Part shown: in pieces, positions 11,601 through 20,600 of the stretch
How the letters are laid out: every line of letters begins with the position of its first letter
How positions within the stretch are numbered: the stretch's first letter is position 1
Assembly: GCA_040954595.2 (NCBI GenBank)
Contig: CM082590.2
Span: 7,874,001-7,938,000 of the forward strand
From: Balanoglossus misakiensis
Taxonomy: Eukaryota; Animalia; Hemichordata
Reading direction: 5' to 3'
Length of the DNA: 64,000 nt
The notes under the pieces: generated by a model
Told to the model about the DNA's origin: nothing
The model's input: the letters and a program-made list of their open reading frames with translations, nothing else
Database searches by the model: none
Program-made: the position numbers and the translations under genes

Positions 11601-14600
11601 TTAATTCTAATCAACATATAAACATTTGTTTGTTTGTTTGAAGGAAACCTTGCATTACATTTCAATTTTTGTGACATTGTTCTCACTCTCCTCCTTCATT
11701 ACTTACAGGATGGAGACACACCTTTGCACATTGCAGCAAGGGATCGTGATGAAGTCTACGTCAAATTGTTATTGGAACACAAAGCTGATGGTAACATACA
11801 AAACAAGGTAAATTCCACAATGACATCTACAGGTTCATTCTAATCAACATATAAACATTTGTTTGTTTGTTTGTTTGTTTGAATGAAGGAAACCAAGCTT
11901 GCATTGCATTGAATTTTTGTAACATTGTTCTCATTCTCCTCCTTCATTACTTACAGGATGGAAACACACCTTTGCACTCAGCAGCAGCAAGGAAAGGTGA
12001 TGAAGGCCGTGTCAGATTGTTATTAAAACACAAAGCTGATGGTAACATACAAAACAAGGTAAATTCCACCATGACTTCTACAGGTTAATTCTAATCAACA
12101 AATAAACATTTGTTTGTTTGTTTGAAGGAAACCTTGCATTACATTTCAATTTTTGTGACATTGTTCTCATGCTCCTCCTCCATTACTTACAGGGTGGAGA
12201 CACACCTTTGCACATTGTTGCAGCAAGGTTTGGTGATGAAGGCCGTGTCAGATTGTTATTGGAACACAAAGCTGATGGTAACATACAAAACAAGGTAAAT
12301 TCCACCATGACTTCTACAGGTTAATTCTAATCAACATATAAACATTTGTTTGTTTGTTTGTTTGTTTGTTTGTTTGTTTGTTTGTTTGTTTGTTTGTTTG
12401 TTTGTTTGTTTGTTTGAAGGAAACCTTGCATTACATTTCAATTTTGTGACAGTGTTCTCATTCTCCTCCTTCATTACTTACAGAATGGAGACACACCTTT
12501 GCACTCTGCAGCAAGGTTTGGTGATGAAGGCCGTGTCAGATTGTTATTGGAACACAAAGCTGATGTGACCATACAAAACAAGGTAAATACCACCATGACT
12601 TCTACAGGTTAATTCTAATCAACATATAAACATTTGTTTGGTTGTTTGTTTGTTCAAGGAAACCCCACATTACATTTTAATTTTTGTGACATTGTTCTCA
12701 TGCTCCTCCTTTATTACTTACAGGATGGAGACACACCTTTGCACTCAGCAGCAGCAAGGAAAGGTGATGAAGGCTGTGTCAGATTGTTATTGAAACACAA
12801 AGCTGATGTGACTATACAAAACAAGGTAAATATCAACATGACTTCTACAGGTTAATTCTAATCAACATATAAACATTTGTGTGTTTGTTTGTTTTGTTTA
12901 TTTAAGGAGACCTCACAGTACATTTGAATTTTTGTGACATTGTTCTCATGCTCCTCCTTCATTGCTTACAGATTGGAGACACACCTTTGCACATTGCAGC
13001 AAGGTATGGTGATGAAGGCCGTGTTAGATTGTTATTGGAACACAAAGCTGATGCTAATATACAAAACAAGGTAAATACCAACCTGACTTCTACAAGTTCA
13101 TGCTAATCAACACAATCCTAAACATTTGTTTGTTTGTTTGTTTGTTTGTTTGTTTGTTTAAGGAAACCTTGCATTACATTTGAATTTTTGTGACATTGTT
13201 CTCACTCTCCTCCTTCATTACTTACAGGATGGAGACACACCTTTGCACATTGCAGCAAGGGATCGTGATGAAGTCTACGTCAAATTGTTATTGGAACACA
13301 AAGCTGATGGTAACATACAAAACAAGGTAAATTCCACCATGACTTCTACAGGTTAATTCTAATCAACATATAAACATTTGTTTGTTTGTTTGAAGGAAAC
13401 CTTGCATTACATTTCAATTTTTGTGACATTGTTCTCATTCTCCTCCTTCATTACTTACAGGGTGGAGACACACCTTTGCACATTGTTGCAGCAAGGTTTG
13501 GTGATGAAGGCCGTGTCAGATTGTTATTGAAACACAAAGCTGATGTGACTATACAAAACAAGGTAAATATCAACATGACTTCTACAGGTTAATTCTAATC
13601 AACATATAAACATTTGTTTGTTTGTTTGAAGGAAACCTTGCATTACATTTCAATTTTTGTGACATTGTTCTCATTCTCCTCCTTCATTACTTACAGGATG
13701 GAGACACACCTTTGCACATTGCAGCAAGGGATCGTGATGAAGTCTACGTCAAATTGTTATTGGAACACAAAGCTGATGTTAACATACAAAACAAGGTAAA
13801 TACCAACCTGACTTCTACAAGTTCATGCTAATCAACACAATCCTAAACATTTGTTTGTTTGTTTGTTTGTTTAAGGAAACCTAACATTACATTTGAATTT
13901 TTGTGACATTGATCTTATGCTCCTCCTTCATTACTTACAGGATGGAGACACACCTTTGCACTATGCAGCAAGGTATGGTGATGAAGGCCATGTCAGATTG
14001 TTATTGGAACACAAAGCTGATGTGACCATACAAAACAAGGTAAATACCAACATGACTTCTACAGGTTAATGGATAGGAATATCTATTAATATGTTTCTTT
14101 GTTTGATAATGCTATGGATCCTTATTTTAAAGAAGATACAGTGACAGTTAGGCTTTGTTTTAGTTTATCTTTAAATTTATCTCTCAACAAACAGAGAACC
14201 TATTTAGATTAGTGAAACACCACAGTTTTGGCAAGAAATTACATACTCACGAGGAAACTGCCTTACTAAAAATGTAATACCATTCTGTGACTAGTTCTGT
14301 AACTCTGATAATGATTCTAGTAACTTTGTTGGTGCGCTGTTTATGCTTTTGTTTCTTGTATAGGATGGCAACACAGCACTCCACATAGCAGCAATGGCCA
14401 ACAGGTCTTCGGGGGATTATGGAAAAGTTGTGAAACTGCTGTTACAATATGGAGCTAATATTGACTGCAAAAATAAGGCAATATTTTCTATTTTCCAATA
14501 TTTCATTCCATGACACTCTACCATGTTTTCTGATCAACTTTCATTTTGTTATGTAAGTTTCTTCACAATCATTTTCTTTGAAATGATAGGCAAGTTTATA

Positions 14601-17600
14601 TGTGCAATTTATCAAACTATTTCAACAAAACAGTCATAAAGCAAAATAATTTTGATAAAGCATATTCACCATATACATGTATCTTTTGTTAAATTGTAGG
14701 GCATGTACCAATAAGCTCGAGTTAAACTAAAACTACTTCCAACATGGTCAGTTATAAAACTGTTGACTCATGACAATATGCCAATCCTAACACAGCTAAT
14801 TTCTTACATTTCTATTTAAACATCTCTGTGTGTTATCTTTTTTCTTTAAATCTGTTTTCTGAAATATTAAGGAGGCAGGGATCTAGTATAAATTTATTTT
14901 TGATGATTTAATCATTGGACGATTATAACTCTTTAAATTTATTTTGATCTCTCAATACATTAATGTTCATTTCCCTTGTGATGGTATCATTCAAAATCAT
15001 CTGACAATTGTAAAAGATTCAATGTCACAATACCTGTTGGCTATTCTACTACATTTTAAATGGTTTTGATTTCAATATAAATTGTGTGCATTGAGGTTTT
15101 GTTTATGATGTCACATCACGTTGTCATTCTTTTTGCATAAAATTTGAAATAGGATTGACTTTAACACTATTTTGGAATTTATCAACTTTCAAATTTTTCA
15201 GGTTATCAGGTACATTATTGCTACTATTATCTTATCAATATCAACATCATAAATCATTGTTAATTCTTTTTATCCTAATAAAACCTAGACCGGAAAGACA
15301 CCACTTGATGTCGCAAGTAGGTCTGTTAGGAATGTGCTATTGGATTACATGAGGGTGAGTGTAATTTTTCTTTGTCATGAATTTTAATAACCTGAAATGT
15401 TCACATTCCAATGCATCCTATTCCTGAATATCGGCATAAACGGTACAACTTATAAGTTAACGTGGTGTCACCCTCAACTGTACTTTCCAAACCTACAAAT
15501 ACAATATAGATGTATTTTTATGTTTTCTTTATTCAACAAGAAACAAAGTGAGTTCAATGACCTGATGAAGGAACCAGGCAAGAAATATGATATTCTTAAG
15601 TTGTTCTTCGCTGGATATGGTGGAGTTGGTAAGACTACACTGGTGAAGTCACTTCAGAGGGTACCGGTATGTTTAAGCAATAACCTCTGTCACAGGCGGG
15701 TATACGCGAGATTTGGGTACAATTCGAGACGAATTGTACCCAAATCGAGTGTGTACCCAACTGAGGCGGGGGTTATTGCTATTATATTATATCAACAATT
15801 GATTTTGTGGCATATCAGTGTCATTTTCTTAACGAAACGGTGTCAGAAAGAGAAATTACGATCGTGAACCAACACGCGACTGTGGTTTAATCGCACATCT
15901 TCCCTGCTGCATGCTAGTTCAGGGGCCTGTTTTACCACTGTCAGCCGCTGTAAAACTGTATTTTACCTTCGCTGGATTGAGCTTTCGTCCAATCAGAATG
16001 GCAGACGGTAGCATGGTATATTTAATATAATAATATTTATTGATTTGTGTATCAGCTCTAGCTATAGTAAGCCAAAACAATACAGGTTGTTTACAAAATG
16101 CATATGCAGGTATAGACTAGGATTTCATGCTCAATTCTGTATACTGGATGAAATGATGTGCCAGAATAAAGTATGTATTTGTGTAAAATCATCACATGAA
16201 AGTCAAATTGTCAAACACGTATTAAATTTATTACTCCAAGACTCCTTGACAGTGTTGACCTCATTAAATATGCACATATCTAATTATATAAATTGGGTGC
16301 ATTGAGGTTTTGTTTATGATGTCACGTTGTCATTCTTTTTGCATAAAATTTGAAATAGGATTGACTTTAACACTATTTTGGAATTTATCAACTTTCAAAT
16401 TTTTCAGGTTATCAGGTACATTATTGCTACTATTATCTTATTAATGTCAACATCATAAATCATTGTTAATTCTTTTTATCCTAATAAAACCTAGACCGGA
16501 AAGACACCACTTGATGTCGCAAGTAGGTCTGTTAGGAATGTGCTATTAGATTACATGTGGGTGAGTGTAATTTTTCTTTGTCATGAATTTTAATAACCTG
16601 AAATGTGCACATTCCGATGCATCCTATTCCTGAATATCGACATAAACGGTACAACTTAACGTGGTGTCACCCTTAACTGTACTTTCCAAACCTACAAATA
16701 CAATATAGATGTATTTTTATGTTTTCTTTATTCAACAAGAAACGAGATGAGTTCAATGACCTGATGAAGGAACCAGGCAAGAAATGTGACATTCATAAGT
16801 TGTTCTTCGCTTGTGGAAAGACTGACCTATAAGCAAACAAAAAGAGCTAAAGCAGTAGTTTTTGTCGGAAATAGATTCAGGGCTTGAAATTTATTGTTTT
16901 TCTCGGTAGCCCAGTGGGTACATTTGTTATGGCTGGTAGCCAATATTTCGTCCACCCCCCCCCCCCCCCAACTCTTTTCATGCTGGCTACTACAAAAAGT
17001 GGTTGTAAAATGGATTTCCTAACGAAATTTGTGACCGGTAAAAATTTATGAGTGACCAGACGTCCTTTCGTCTCACTTGTAGCTCATGTAAATAATGTAA
17101 GTACCTTAGCAACCGAAATAAACCTGTGAAATTTTCTATAAAAGCTTTATACTATTTGCAACATTGCACTTTGTTAGTGTTCTTTCAGGAGTGTTTGCAA
17201 TCTGATAAAATCAGATGTAAGGAAGGGCGACATCTTTTACTTACTCCGTATGGTTTTCTTATGCTGTTGCCTCATATCACACCACGTAAGTAAAAGACGT
17301 CGCCGTACCCTACATCTGATTTTAATCAAACTTGTGTGTTTGTAAAACTTGTAATGAGAAGTTACAACCAGTAACGAGCAAAAATTTGCAGTAATGATTA
17401 ATAGCGACCTAGAAATAGGCGGAACGAGTAAATAATATGAGGTTCCCGCAAAGTATGCACAAGGACATTTGCGCAGCGTATCGCCTGACGCATAGCGGAG
17501 TGTTGTTTGTGGAAAGACTGACCTATAAGCAAACAAAATTATATAGAAATCAGCTGAACCGGACTTCCCCTTTAATGTTACGCACCTCAAAATAAAAGGT

Positions 17601-20600
17601 TGTCTGATCATGTTGAAATTAATACTGATGATACTAACATTTAATCTATGGAATAAAAATGGGGGTTCAACCAGCTGGATTTTAGGAAAAAGTGCCCGCT
17701 ATGTAGCACCTCTTTCAGCTTTGCCAGTGCTCGTAGATCTTTGTAAAATGGCCTAGCTCATACATAAGTATTTTGGGAGGTTCATCATATTTTTTCACCA
17801 TTATAGAAACTAAACTTACTGAATATTTTATTTTAGAGCAATTTTGAGATTTTTTCTTGTTCAGTATGATAATCGCATATCAATTATTATATTATACCAG
17901 TATATTGATGGTGTAAATCACGCTATTTTATTGGTCGAGACACGACACGTGACTGTGATATATTCGTCACATACCACAGTCATATATCACGCAAAACTCA
18001 TAGTCAAAGAAAATGCCTATTTAAAATGTTTTATGCAAAGTTTCAATATACTGGTATAATATAATAGCAATCAAACACCCCCAGCCATGGTATACCACTC
18101 GATTTTGACCAGTTCTGGTCAAAATCTCATGGTATACCATGGCTGGGGTGTTTTATTGCTTAAATATAATACAACTGTTAAATTAAATACAGAATTGGTT
18201 TTGGAAACCTTTCTTGCTTGTTGACATATATATCGTGTTGACATTGTTTAATTTTGTTTTGTATTTTTTTCAATGAACAGAGGAATAAGATAATACAGTT
18301 TTTCACATTCATCTGGAATTTTTTGTCATTACCGTTTCAACCAGAAAATGTGAGTGTTTGTTAATTTATTCTTGTGTATCTTCTATAGTTTTTTGTCCAT
18401 TGCTGTAAAACACAATTTTAGCTCGTATTTAGCATGTGGATGAGGGTGCATGTGGGATACAGGTGTTCTTCACAAAAGAAAACACGAGGTTGCAATGGTG
18501 GTATACACAAGAGCAGAAAACTAAATTAATCAAATAACTAAAATTGTTTTCTTTCACTTCCCCTTATTAAAGAGTGAAGAAACAGCCCTGGAATCTGAAG
18601 AAAGTGAACACATTCCCACACCTGGTATTGATGTCCAAAGTGTTCATATTCCTGACGTAGGAAAGTGCAGTGTTTGGGATTTTGCAGGCCAGCCTGAGTA
18701 TTATGTCACTCATAACATGTTTCTGGGAGCACCCAATGCTGTCTCCATATTGATGTTCAAAGCTACAGACGAGAATGGTCAACTCAACACCTTTGAAGAT
18801 GTGTTCCCACAGGTAAGAATCTTCACAGTAAATTGACTTAACTTGAGACTGTATATCCTTATGTTTTGCATTATTTATCACTTTCCAAGTTTTAACTGTA
18901 GGAATGGAAAATATTGCTGTTTGAGAATTCATGGCTTTTTGATAGAGTTGCAGATATTTCTATAATTGTCTACTGCAGAACCAACGTGCGATTGTTGTTC
19001 AATAATTATTTGGCATTGTTTATCTCATACATAGCTCTGCATATTACCTGAATCATGAGAAATCTTATATTGAGATTCAATTCATGATCTATTTGACTCA
19101 AAATTAATGCTTTTCATGATACAAATATTCTCATTTGTAGATTTTGTTTTGGTTGCGGTTTCTGAAAGGAACAACCCACATGGACAGGTATTCATTTGAT
19201 CAGCCAGGTGAAGGATACAAGAAACCAGTAGTGATATTGGTTGCAAGTCGAGCTGATCAGTTGAAGAGAATCGATATGGCTCTAGGTGGGTGTTGTCAGC
19301 TCATTCACATACCATACAATGTCAAGCTCATAATATCATAATGTAACATGTGTTGTTTAACTGTTGACAAATTGATCGATAGTGGGAAGAACATGTTTAA
19401 TTGTTCGAAATGTCAAAGTTTGAAAAAAAAACAGCTATTACCAGCTAGCTGTCATTAAGAAAAAGATTCACAGCTGAACTTTATGCCTTTCTTTCTGCAA
19501 ATCGAGTTGTTAATATGCAGCAATTAGAATTGCGTGTTATAATTTCACAGCTCGCCATATGCTGAAGGAAGTTCTGACAAGAGCACAGGAAATGTTTCAA
19601 GATTATTTAGACATAGTGAATAACATATTTCTGGTGAATTGCCATAATTTTAAAGACAGAAAAATGAAGAAACTCCGTGCCTGTTTACATCAGAAAAAGG
19701 TAACAATTTTTTCGCTGCAGTCAATATTGCCTCTGAATTGTTCTACCTTTATAAACACACAAACACATTATAATTCACTTCAGTTACCGTACAGTTACAA
19801 GATTCAGTTTCATAGTTCCTCCTTGAAAAAATGCAAAGACCCAAAGTGTTGGCAACATACTACCAATGTATGTTTGATGACCCTTGCTTAAGCACCACTT
19901 GCAAATGATTAGGTTACATATTTATCCAATTTTAGGAGCCACCAAAATGTGAACTGTTTCAAAATGTAGCTTGAAGGAAAATGTGGTAACATAACATAGT
20001 CACATTGGACAAATATGTGATTACCTCCTTGTGTTTTATTCATCACTTGTGAGACTTGCTTGACAAGTTAATGCTGTTATTTAATATTTCTTATCAATTT
20101 TTAGACAGTAAAAACACTTCCAAGCGTGTGTGCCAAGATAATGGAAAAGAAGAGGGAATTATATGATGAGGGTTGGTATCTTAAAAAGAGAAGATTTTAC
20201 AAGTGGGAGTGCCCTGCTCTTTATTGGACAAAATATGTGGCGAAAATCAAGGAAATATACCCCACGATTGATGAAAGTTTCTTACAAAAGGCCACCAACT
20301 ATCTGCATGACATCGGAGAGGTCAGTAACACGAAACACCATATTGCTTATCCATTCTCTTTCAGTACAAATACTAGGCTGAGTGAATGTGATATTTCCGT
20401 CAGTTACAAATTATTTTCTCTTCAGAAATCTGCAATGGCATTTTATAATGTATTATTGTCTCAATGTATTATTGTAATTATTTGTGGTTTTGGGTTCCCA
20501 GCATTTCTTTAGTCATAATAATATCGCAAAATTACCAAACATTATTTTAAGATGACACTGAACCCTGCAGGCGTAGCCTTGGGGACTTTAAGATTAAACT

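Noticed and set aside
9420-14070. CRISPR-like or prokaryotic repeat-spacer array, or many small separate ORFs starting MFVCLF
   Set aside because: The units are intron+exon cassettes with GT-AG sites and no unique spacers. The ORF starts are TTG/GTG calls within the (TTTG)n intron tract.
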